Shown here: positions 20,924 to 28,661 of the stretch, in pieces
Layout of the letters: each line of letters begins with the position of its first letter
Numbering within the stretch: position 1 is the stretch's first letter
Source: an uncultured candidate division Zixibacteria bacterium
GTDB lineage: Bacteria; Zixibacteria; MSB-5A5; GN15; FEB-12
Reading direction: 5' to 3'
DNA: 64,000 nt
Assembly: GCA_963735035.1 (NCBI GenBank)
Contig: CAVTJJ010000002.1
Location: 1 to 64,000, forward strand
Program-made: the position numbers and the translations under genes
Notes under the pieces: model-generated
The model's database searches: none
Told to the model about the DNA's origin: nothing
What the model saw: only the letters and a program-made list of their open reading frames with translations

Positions 20924-21726
20924 CGCGGCTCAGCGCCCACCACGTGTCCGGTCCCGAGCGGCGTCTGCGGCTGCTCGATCAAGGGCTGCTCGAGGTCGCC
21001 GGGCTGGATCTGCGCGCACTTGCATTGCGGGCCGCCGGTGAGGCGCCGGCCGGCGATCCCTTCGCCGGTGCGCGCGTCGCGGCCGTCCCCATCACATCCG
21101 GTGAGGGTCTCATCACTGGGTTCTGCCAGGGTGTGGCCGCCATCCTCCAGCATCTCGGGTGCGATGCGCTGGTGACCGAGGGCGTCGACATCCGGGGCAT
21201 CCAGGAGGCGACGCAGATGGGCGTCGAGGTGCTGTTCCTCGCCGACGACACGCGCTTCGTCGCCCTCAACGTGCGCCGGGCGCGCTGCATCGATAATGAT
21301 CTGGCGACTGCGGACGGCTACGCGGCCGTGCTCGCGGCGGCCGCGGGTGGCTTGGGGGGACGAGCGGTGCTGCTCCTCGGCCTCGGCCCTATCGGACGGG
21401 CGGCGGCGCGCCGCCTCCACGAAGGCGGGGCGGACGTGCACGTCGTCGAGACGGACGCGGCGCGGCTGCAGGCGGCGCTGACCGACGTTCCGGAGCTTCG
21501 CCCGGTCACCCTGGCGGAGGGGCTGCAGCATTGCGATCTGATTTTCGACGCCACCCCCGCCTCCGGTATCATCCACGGCGGGGACATCAGTCCCTCGACG
21601 ATCGCCGCCGTCCCCGGCATCCCGTCGGGGTTCACGGCCGCAGCGCAGGCGGCCCTCGGCCTGCGCCATATCCACGACCCTCTGGCCATCGGCGTCGCGG
21701 TCATGGCCGCTCTCTCTCTCGGCTGA
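20920..21726 (+). CDS. pylD: Pyrrolysine synthase PylD (3-methylornithyl-N6-L-lysine dehydrogenase)
   Basis: MTRL start, VPITSGEGLITGF, ADDTRFVA, DNDLATADGY, GLGPIG, DATP, PGIP, HDPLAIGVAVM; GTG overlaps the pylC TGA. Confidence 0.9.
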   Translation: MTRLSAHHVSGPERRLRLLDQGLLEVAGLDLRALALRAAGEAPAGDPFAGARVAAVPITSGEGLITGFCQGVAAILQHLGCDALVTEGVDIRGIQEATQMGVEVLFLADDTRFVALNVRRARCIDNDLATADGYAAVLAAAAGGLGGRAVLLLGLGPIGRAAARRLHEGGADVHVVETDAARLQAALTDVPELRPVTLAEGLQHCDLIFDATPASGIIHGGDISPSTIAAVPGIPSGFTAAAQAALGLRHIHDPLAIGVAVMAALSLG

Positions 21727-21791
21727 TTGGCCCGCGTCGCTCACGCCCGACCCCATCCCGTCGCCCTGACGTAGTAGGATGGTCGCTACGC

Positions 21792-21864
21792 GGGGGGTCG
21801 ATCGGAAGGATCAGCGCGGGCTCTAAACCCACGCAGGCGGGTGTGACTCCCGCACTCCCCGCCA
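21792..21864 (+). tRNA. pylT: tRNA-Pyl (anticodon CUA)
   Basis: Acceptor GGGGGGT/ACTCCCC plus G-CCA; D-arm GATC-GGAAG-GATC; anticodon loop CTCTAAA (CTA at 21823-21825); short CAG variable loop; T-arm GCGGG-TGTGACT-CCCGC without TTC; adjacent to pylD. Confidence 0.95.
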
Positions 21865-21882
21865 TTCTGCCTCGATTTCGCC

Positions 21883-22794
21883 CTATCGCGTGAAGGTCAC
21901 CGGGATCCGTACCTCGTCCTGGCGCGAGCCGTCCTCCATCGACTGAGCGTAGACGATCAGGGTGCCCTTCGTCGCCGCCGTCGTGAACGCGACCGTCTTG
22001 CGGAAGTCGCCGCGCTCCGGGGCGCCGCGTGTGGCTTGGACGACCACGCGCACGATGCGGCGGCCGCTGTTGTCACGGAGCTCCGCAAGGAAGGAGCCCT
22101 CAAAGACGCTCGCCGCACCAAACAACACGAATGGGCTGCCCAGGGTCGCGCCGACCCCGGGGACTTCCACGAAGATCGGCGGCTCGAAGTCGACCCAGTC
22201 GTCGCGGCGCTGCGGCGGGGCGACCGCGACGCCTTCGCCTCCCAGCGTCGAGATCGGCTCATCGTCCAGCGCGAAGCTCACGGCCTTGATGCCGGGGAAC
22301 TGCGTGAGCGTGTACACGACCTGAGCGATGCGGGCGGTCATGGAGAGCGAGCCGCCGCCGCTGTCGTAGGTTGAGGAGAGGTCCACCAGGGCCACCCCGT
22401 CACTGATGCGGACCCCCCCGAACGCAGTCCCGGACGGGATCGCGGTGCTGAGGCCCGCAGCACGCTCCGCCGCGGTTGGGCCCCCACACAGCTCGCGCAT
22501 GGCGGCTGCCGCGACGGCCTTCGTCTGCGGTACGCGGCGCTCGGCGACACCGAGCTTTTCGCCGCGCAGGAAGTAGACGGAGAGCTTGGTCGTGCCGACC
22601 GGAGAGCTTGTGGGTGTGGGCGTGGGAGACGGCGAAGGCGAGGAGGTCGCCGAGACTGGCGCTGTCGCCGTCGCCGGGGACGAGGGCTCGCCGCCGCCGC
22701 AGGCGCCGAGGGCGGCGGCCGCGACCAGGACAAGGACGGCAATGAGGTGCGCTGGCAGAGCGCGGGCGCGCTGGCTTGTGCGACGGGGCAACAT
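21883..22794 (-). CDS. GerMN domain + Gmad2 Ig-like domain lipoprotein
   Basis: Lipobox LGAC, S/P/T linker, VYFLRG...GPT...GLSTAIP...AQVVYTLTQFP (GerMN), then GAASVFEG (Gmad2); ends in TAG. Confidence 0.8.
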   Translation of the reverse strand: MLPRRTSQRARALPAHLIAVLVLVAAAALGACGGGEPSSPATATAPVSATSSPSPSPTPTPTSSPVGTTKLSVYFLRGEKLGVAERRVPQTKAVAAAAMRELCGGPTAAERAAGLSTAIPSGTAFGGVRISDGVALVDLSSTYDSGGGSLSMTARIAQVVYTLTQFPGIKAVSFALDDEPISTLGGEGVAVAPPQRRDDWVDFEPPIFVEVPGVGATLGSPFVLFGAASVFEGSFLAELRDNSGRRIVRVVVQATRGAPERGDFRKTVAFTTAATKGTLIVYAQSMEDGSRQDEVRIPVTFTR

Positions 22795-22886
22795 GGTCCA
22801 CCTCGGATGGTCACGGGTCGGGCAGATAGTTGACTTCGGTGCGCCGTGCCGGGCTCCTGCCGGCGGTGGTACACTCGACTGCGTCG

Positions 22887-23213
22887 ATGCCGACAGACCC
22901 GAACAAACCGCGCTACTACCGCAAGCAGGTCCCTCTCTTCCGACTCGTCGAGAAGATGAAACTGTGGCCCTCACGGCGCGGCATCCTGCACGGCATCAAA
23001 GAGTTCGACGAACGCGGCTCCTACGCAGTCGTGATCACCCACTGCAACAAGCATATGGTGGTGCACGACTCCAAGACGAGCCGCGCGGGGCGATGGCTGC
23101 GCAACAAGTGGTATGCCGAGGCCTGCCCCGACTGTCGCATCCCGCAGTGGAAGCTCGAGAAGTACGCAGCCACCCATTTCCGCCGGGGCTACGGCTCTCA
23201 CCTGCACAACTGA
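22887..23213 (+). CDS. pylSn: Pyrrolysyl-tRNA synthetase N-terminal subunit PylSn
   Basis: LVEKMKLWPSRRGILHGIK, THC, SKTSRAGRWLRNKW, CPDCRIPQWKLEKY match the stand-alone PylSn Zn/tRNA-binding domain. Confidence 0.92.
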   Translation: MPTDPNKPRYYRKQVPLFRLVEKMKLWPSRRGILHGIKEFDERGSYAVVITHCNKHMVVHDSKTSRAGRWLRNKWYAEACPDCRIPQWKLEKYAATHFRRGYGSHLHN

Positions 23214-23252
23214 GCCTCCGCCGAGGTGTGCCTCCCCGGGGGTCGCGGAAGG

Positions 23253-24113
23253 CTACAGGTTGAGGCGAACACCGTCCACGTAGGCGAGGCTGCGGCCGGT
23301 GCGCTCGATGTTGGCGTGGCCCTCACGCACCATGAGTAACCGCTCGAGGCCGAACCCCAGACCGACCCAAGGGTCGACGATGCCCCAGTTGCCGTCGAGC
23401 GGGTGCGGGCCCACGGCCGCGGAGCAGACCTCAGTGCCGTCCACTTCGACATCGAGCATCTCTCCGTACACCTCTGAGGTGGTGCCCACGATCTCGTAGT
23501 CTTCGATGCCGACGGTGTGCATGACGATGCCCGCCAGCTCCTCGAGGCGTGCGCGGGCTGCCGGCTCCTGCCGGCCCAGTTCGACCAGGTTGAGCATCGT
23601 GAACTCGTTGAGGTGGCGGGCCCCCTTGCTGTCGCGGCGGAAGCACGTGCCCACCTCGAAGATGCCGAAGGGCTGCCGCCAGAGGCGTCCGAGGCGCCGC
23701 ATGAGCGTGTAGAGGTTCGGCGCCAGCATGGGTCGCAGGCAGCGGCCGTCCTCGAGCCAGAAGACCTGCTCGCGCAGAGGATGACCGTGATCGATCCCCA
23801 TCTTGCGCAGCGCCTCCGCGGCGACGATGTGCGGGGTGACGACTTGCACGAATCCGATCTCCGAGAGGGCGGCGCACAGGGCTCTCTCGAGTTCGACCAG
23901 CGGCGGCGGGCGCTCATCGGAGCGCAGCGCCTGCAGACGGGCGCGCCCTTCGCGGGCGAGCCCGTCCTCGGTCTGCTTGAAGGCCGCGTCGCGCTCGAGC
24001 GCGCTCCCGAAGGCATGCTCGATCTGCTCGGCGCTGGCGCCGAGTTCCCTGAGGCGTTGGGCCTGGGTGGCCGTCAGCCGGACAGGGCCCGCGGGGGCCT
24101 TATCCGGGGTCAT
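23253..24113 (-). CDS. pylSc: Pyrrolysyl-tRNA synthetase catalytic subunit PylSc
   Basis: TQAQRLRELG, GFVQVVTP, CLRPMLAPNLY, FEVGTCFRRDSKGARHLNEFTMLN, EVYG, GPHPLD, PWVGLGFGLERL, RSLAYVDG; ends in TAG. Confidence 0.95.
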   Translation of the reverse strand: MTPDKAPAGPVRLTATQAQRLRELGASAEQIEHAFGSALERDAAFKQTEDGLAREGRARLQALRSDERPPPLVELERALCAALSEIGFVQVVTPHIVAAEALRKMGIDHGHPLREQVFWLEDGRCLRPMLAPNLYTLMRRLGRLWRQPFGIFEVGTCFRRDSKGARHLNEFTMLNLVELGRQEPAARARLEELAGIVMHTVGIEDYEIVGTTSEVYGEMLDVEVDGTEVCSAAVGPHPLDGNWGIVDPWVGLGFGLERLLMVREGHANIERTGRSLAYVDGVRLNL

Positions 24114-25194
24114 GTCGCGGCCTCTCGCAGGGCCGTCGCGCAAGGTAGTCGCTGAGGCCGCTGACGACCGCCTGAGCCAGCGCCTCCAGGTGGTCCGGCC
24201 GGCCGGCCATTGTCTCTTCGACAGGGCTGCTCAGAAACAACGGCTCGACCAGCACGGCGATCGCGCTCGACTCGCGCAACACGCCATAGTTGCGGCCAAA
24301 GCTGCCGATGTGGCGCGTCCCGGTGGTCGCCAGCCGGGCTCCGATGCAGGCGGCCAGTCGGCGTCCGTGCTCTGAGTAGTAGTGGCTGCGCTGGAAGAAG
24401 TAGCAGGCGGAGCCACGGGCCTCGGGCGCCTCGTTGCCGTTGCAGTGCAGCGAGACCATGTACGTCGCGCCGGCGGCGTTCGCCGCCTCGGAGCGCGCGT
24501 ACAAGGGCATGTCCTCGTCGGCCTCGCGGGTGACGTGGACGCGACAGCCCTCGGCGCGCAGCAGCTCGGCGAGGCGCAGACCGAGGGCCAGGTCCACGTC
24601 CTTCTCGGCGAGGCCGCCCGGCGAGACGTACCCGGTGTCAGACCCGCCGTGGCCCGGGTCGATGACGATGCTCTGGCCCGCGAGGCTGCGCGCCGCGACG
24701 TGGCCGCCGTCCCGCTCGGGGATCTTCTTGCCCTCGCGGCCCGATTCGGCCTTGCGCAGCGCCTCGAGCTTCAGCAGTGTGCTCTCGCCGACCAGGCCAT
24801 CGAGCGGGAGCCCGGCGTTCTGCTGGAAGTCCAGCACAGCGCGCTCGACGTGTTCGTCGTAGACGCCTCGTTCGGCGCCGGCGTTGAAGCCGAGGAGATT
24901 GAGCTTGACCTGCAGAGCGAGCACGTCGTCGCCGCGGAACGGCGGTTCGCGCAGGTACAGCAGGCGGTCACCGAGGGCGTAGCCGGCCTCGACCAGCTCT
25001 CGCCAGGCGTTGGCGCCCACCACCGCGTCCACGAGCAGGCCGCGCGCCTGCTGAAACGAGCGCAAAGCCAGCTCAGTGCTGGGTCCGAAGAAGCCATCGA
25101 CACCCTCGGTGCCGAGCTCGAAGCCTTGTCCGCGCAGGCGCGTCTGGACGTCGAGGACTTCCTTGCCGCGGTCACCGCGAGAGAGGTTACGCAC
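24100..25194 (-). CDS. N-acetylmuramoyl-L-alanine amidase with two PG-binding domains (CwlM-like)
   Basis: Two PG_binding_1 repeats (VDGFFGP...FQ; LGDRLLYL...GDDV), Amidase_3 DPGHGG/EKD/SLH/LVE; stop overlaps the pylSc start. Confidence 0.85.
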   Translation of the reverse strand: MRNLSRGDRGKEVLDVQTRLRGQGFELGTEGVDGFFGPSTELALRSFQQARGLLVDAVVGANAWRELVEAGYALGDRLLYLREPPFRGDDVLALQVKLNLLGFNAGAERGVYDEHVERAVLDFQQNAGLPLDGLVGESTLLKLEALRKAESGREGKKIPERDGGHVAARSLAGQSIVIDPGHGGSDTGYVSPGGLAEKDVDLALGLRLAELLRAEGCRVHVTREADEDMPLYARSEAANAAGATYMVSLHCNGNEAPEARGSACYFFQRSHYYSEHGRRLAACIGARLATTGTRHIGSFGRNYGVLRESSAIAVLVEPLFLSSPVEETMAGRPDHLEALAQAVVSGLSDYLARRPCERPRHDPG

Positions 25195-25343
25195 TGAGAC
25201 TCCTGGTCCGCTGGGCCGACGCTGGGCCTTCGATTCTATACGACTCAGATGGCGGCGGCCGACCTGCTGGGCGGCGAGCGCCACGCTTTCGCACTACGCG
25301 CGCCGTGTTTACAGGTGAAGTGCCGCCCTGTACTATCGGGCCG

Positions 25344-26105
25344 ATGGACGTCCGTGAAACGAGACGCGGGGACAGCGATCATGAGGCGTCGGTCGTCCTT
25401 GCCGACGATACGCGCTACCGCATCTATCGCGCTATCGCCGAACACCCCGGAGAAGATGTGACCGTCGCCGATATCGCGCGGCGGTTCGGCCTGCACCCCA
25501 ACGTGGCCCGCATGCATCTCGGCAAGCTCGAGCGCGGCGGCTTCGTGGCCACGGGCCTGCGGCGCTCCAGCGGCGGCGGCCGGCCGGCCAGGCTCTACCG
25601 TCTCAGCGATCGGGTCGTGATTTTCGGCTTCCCGCCGCGACGCTACGAGCTGCTCTCGAGATTGGCCCTCGAGGCTCTGGCGGCGGGAGGCTCACATGTG
25701 GACGCGCTGCGGGTCTGTCGTGAAGCCGGTGTCGCCGAGGGTGAGCGGACGCTGGCAGACGCGGGTCGTCCGCCGGCCAACGCGGCTGACGCCGCCGAGA
25801 TGGTCCTGCGCATCACCGAAGACCAGGGCCTTCTGCCGGAGATCGCCTTGCACGGTGATGCTCTCAAGGTGATCCTGCACAACTGCGCTTTTGGCGTACT
25901 CTTCGGGGGCGAGCCCGACCTGGTCTGCGCCATGCACCGCGCCTTTCTGGAGGGCGTGCTCGAGGTCGCGACCACTGGGCTCGGTCATCTTGATCACAAG
26001 GGGGCGTGCAGCATCAGCCGCGGCGACGACCGTTGCGAGCTGCTCTGTAGCCTCCCCGCCCGGCGGCAGGAGCCGCGGGGGACACGGCGCCGGGTAGAGG
26101 AGTAG
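25344..26105 (+). CDS. ArsR-like HTH transcriptional regulator with Cys/His metal-binding C-terminal domain
   Basis: LADDTRYRIY, GLHPNVARMHLGKL, GGRPARLY, HNCAF...CAMH...CSISRGDDRC; ends in TAG. Confidence 0.8.
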   Translation: MDVRETRRGDSDHEASVVLADDTRYRIYRAIAEHPGEDVTVADIARRFGLHPNVARMHLGKLERGGFVATGLRRSSGGGRPARLYRLSDRVVIFGFPPRRYELLSRLALEALAAGGSHVDALRVCREAGVAEGERTLADAGRPPANAADAAEMVLRITEDQGLLPEIALHGDALKVILHNCAFGVLFGGEPDLVCAMHRAFLEGVLEVATTGLGHLDHKGACSISRGDDRCELLCSLPARRQEPRGTRRRVEE

Positions 26106-26108
26106 CTG

Positions 26109-26912
26109 GTGGACGTCAGGACGACACATCGCGATCTGCTGCAGCGGATCATCGCCCGAGCTTTGCGCCGCGGCGGCGATTTCGCCGAGGTCTACGTGGA
26201 GGATCGCGAGGGCTTGGGGCTGCGCCTCGAAGACGGCCGCATCGAAGCGACAAGCGGCGGCCGTGAGGCCGGCGCCGCGGTACGACTCCTTACGGGCGAG
26301 CGCACCTACTACGCCTACAGCGACGGAGTGGACGAAGCTGCCTTGACCGCGGCCGCCGATGCGGTGGCGGCGGCCATGTCCGGCGGCGGCGCTGGCCCAT
26401 CGGTCATCGAGCTGGGTGACGTGCGCAGCGCGCCGCACAAGCATCCGGTGAAGGTCCCCCCGGAGTCGGTCATCATCGCGCGCAAGGCCGAGTTGCTGCG
26501 GGCAGGCGACGACGCCGCTCGATCAGCCGGCGCGGAGATCGCTCAGGCCACCGTCGGTTACGGCGATAGCCGGCGACGCGTCTTGATCGCCAATTCCCTG
26601 GGTGAGTGCGTCTACGACGACCGCACGAGCGTACGCTTCACGGTACAGGTCGTGGCGCGCCGCGGCGAGATCATCCAGACGGGCCTGGAGACATTGGGCG
26701 GCAGCGCGGGCTTCGAGTTGGTGGACGAAGCGGCCGCGAGGGATGCGGCGACGACGGCTGCCGCCAAGGCGCTGGCGATGCTCGACTCGAGGCCGGCGCC
26801 GGTCGGCGCGATGCCCGTCGTGCTCGCCAACGGTTTTGGCGGCGTCCTCTTCCACGAGGCCTGCGGCCACGGACTCGAGGCAGACGCCGTCGCGAAGGGG
26901 GCGAGCATCTAG
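26109..26912 (+). CDS. tldD: TldD-family metalloprotease, truncated at the segment junction
   Basis: GGDFAEVYVE N-terminus and LFHEACGHGLEAD zinc motif; frame ends just after the motif where unrelated sequence begins. Confidence 0.8.
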   Translation: MDVRTTHRDLLQRIIARALRRGGDFAEVYVEDREGLGLRLEDGRIEATSGGREAGAAVRLLTGERTYYAYSDGVDEAALTAAADAVAAAMSGGGAGPSVIELGDVRSAPHKHPVKVPPESVIIARKAELLRAGDDAARSAGAEIAQATVGYGDSRRRVLIANSLGECVYDDRTSVRFTVQVVARRGEIIQTGLETLGGSAGFELVDEAAARDAATTAAAKALAMLDSRPAPVGAMPVVLANGFGGVLFHEACGHGLEADAVAKGASI

Positions 26913-27406
26913 CAATGCGCGGCACCGAAGAGGAAGAGCGCCGGCGGCTCGACGAGATGACCGCCTTTCAGGTGCTCAATCCCCTGGGCAACCTGAAGCC
27001 GGGGGCCGTGGCGATGGCAAACTTCATCGACGCCGACGGCACGGTTTGGCCGGGTCTGGCCACGCAGCGATTTGGAGACGGCCGCGCCGCGGTGTTTGCG
27101 CTGGGAGACGCCTGGCGCTGGGCATGCGCCGTGGAGACCCCCGAGGCGGATCTGGAAAAGTTCTGGCGGCAAGCCCTGCGATGGCTCGTCACCGACACGC
27201 CCGACCGCGTGTCGCTCGAGGTCGAACCCACCAGCGACGCCGGCGGCCCGGTGCGCCTGGTGGTGCGCGCCGGCGATAAACGTTATCAACCGCTCGACGG
27301 CGCGGCGGTCGAGCTCACGGTCCGCACGCCCGAGGGCGGATCGGTCGAACTCGACGCCGAGGCGTCGGACGACGAACTCGGCGCCTACACGGCCCAGTTC
27401 GTGCCG
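26910..27406 (+). CDS. Internal fragment of an unrelated protein (GATase-like/membrane-associated family), partial at both ends
   Basis: Open frame with QRFGDGR...WRW...FWRQALRWL and an Ig-like VELTVRTPEG segment; no start or stop of its own. Confidence 0.5.
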
Positions 27407-27502
27407 TGTGCGAATCATCTTCCTGCGACCCAGCACCAACAATAAAGCCGATACCGCATTAAGCAACGCGTTGACAGTGGGCAAGAACGGTACGTCTATC
27501 AC
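27407..27502 (-). CDS. DUF420 membrane protein, 5' part only (truncated at junction)
   Basis: [19 protein letters not shown], typical of DUF420 in oxidase clusters. Confidence 0.65.
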
Positions 27503-28602
27503 AGTTCTTCAATCCATTCGTTAGTGATCGACGGAGAATGTGTGGCGCTGCTTCGGTCCGGCTGGCGAGACTCCCGCGCCTGTGCAATAACCCACCAGGA
27601 GCCGATCCCCATCAATATGACGACCAGAGCAACAGCCACGGCCGTTTTCGTGAAACTTCCCTTCCACTGTGTCGCCATTGTCCCCGGTTGACGGACTGCA
27701 ACAAACAGCACCAGCAATAGGCCGACAAACAACGATGCAAACCAGAGGTGAAACAAATCGGTCAGCGCCGGCAGACCGGACAAGAGTAGCATCAGCCCCG
27801 ATCCTGCTTGCAATACTACCAGAAGCAGCAGACCCAGAACCGACTGTCGCACGATAGGAAAGCGTCCACCTTCGGAGCGAATAACCGCGAGACCGGCGTA
27901 AAACGTCAACAGTGCTACCAGAATTCCCAAGATTAGATGAACGTCATTGATGACGCCAACCTCGGTAAACCATTTCTCCGGTGAACTCGACGGCGACTGC
28001 CGGGACACTACTTCCAACCCCTGCCGTACCTGGCTGCCGAGGATGATCTGCACAATGGTGGCCCCCCACAGCCCGGCCACGAGTCTACGGGTGTGCCCGG
28101 GGAAATCCGACAACTCCACACTCTCGGCATGCGAGACAGAATAACTCTCCAGAGTGGCATAGATCAGGAGCGAGGCGATGACCAGCGCCAGCACCATGTG
28201 AATCGTCACGATAAACGGCTCCAGCCCCGACGCCACCACGTGCGAACCCTGCCACCCTTGATACGCCACCAAGACAGCAGCCGCGAGCGATGGATACAGC
28301 ACACGGGGCGTTTTTCGAAAGTGCCGCAGGGCCAGAATCGCCACACCAAGGATCAGGAATCCGACCGTCATTCCGACCAGGCGATTGAAGTATTCGATCC
28401 AGGCGAGTGTGACATTGAACGATGACGGATCGATGTTCGGCGGTAGTTGATCCAAGGATAGCGGGGGAATCCATCGTCCGAAACACTTGGGCCAGTCCGG
28501 ACACCCAAGTCCGGCACCGGATACGCGCACCAAGCCGCCCACAAAAACCAGAAAGTAGGTTGCCGCCGTAGTCAACAATGCAAGTCGTCGAAAGGCTTTC
28601 AT
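27499..28602 (-). CDS. ctaA: Heme A synthase (CtaA/COX15)
   Basis: GGLVRVSGAGLGCPDWPKC, WIEYFNR, conserved His in TM helices. Confidence 0.85.
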   Translation of the reverse strand: MKAFRRLALLTTAATYFLVFVGGLVRVSGAGLGCPDWPKCFGRWIPPLSLDQLPPNIDPSSFNVTLAWIEYFNRLVGMTVGFLILGVAILALRHFRKTPRVLYPSLAAAVLVAYQGWQGSHVVASGLEPFIVTIHMVLALVIASLLIYATLESYSVSHAESVELSDFPGHTRRLVAGLWGATIVQIILGSQVRQGLEVVSRQSPSSSPEKWFTEVGVINDVHLILGILVALLTFYAGLAVIRSEGGRFPIVRQSVLGLLLLVVLQAGSGLMLLLSGLPALTDLFHLWFASLFVGLLLVLFVAVRQPGTMATQWKGSFTKTAVAVALVVILMGIGSWWVIAQARESRQPDRSSATHSPSITNEWIEEL

Positions 28603-28661
28603 AATTACCTCGGACGAAAGAGTGTGTGATCCGTCGCTTTTCGGCTCCAATATGCGACTTG

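Noticed and set aside
23253..24113. PylSc as phenylalanyl-tRNA synthetase alpha subunit
   Set aside because: LRPMLAPNLY and HLNEFTMLN motifs plus adjacent pylSn and a CUA tRNA identify PylRS.
26907..26960. TAG just after the TldD HExxH motif as an internal pyrrolysine codon
   Set aside because: Read-through gives QCAAPKRKSAGGSTR then TGA, with no TldD resemblance. A different gene occupies another frame, so the TAG is created by the junction.
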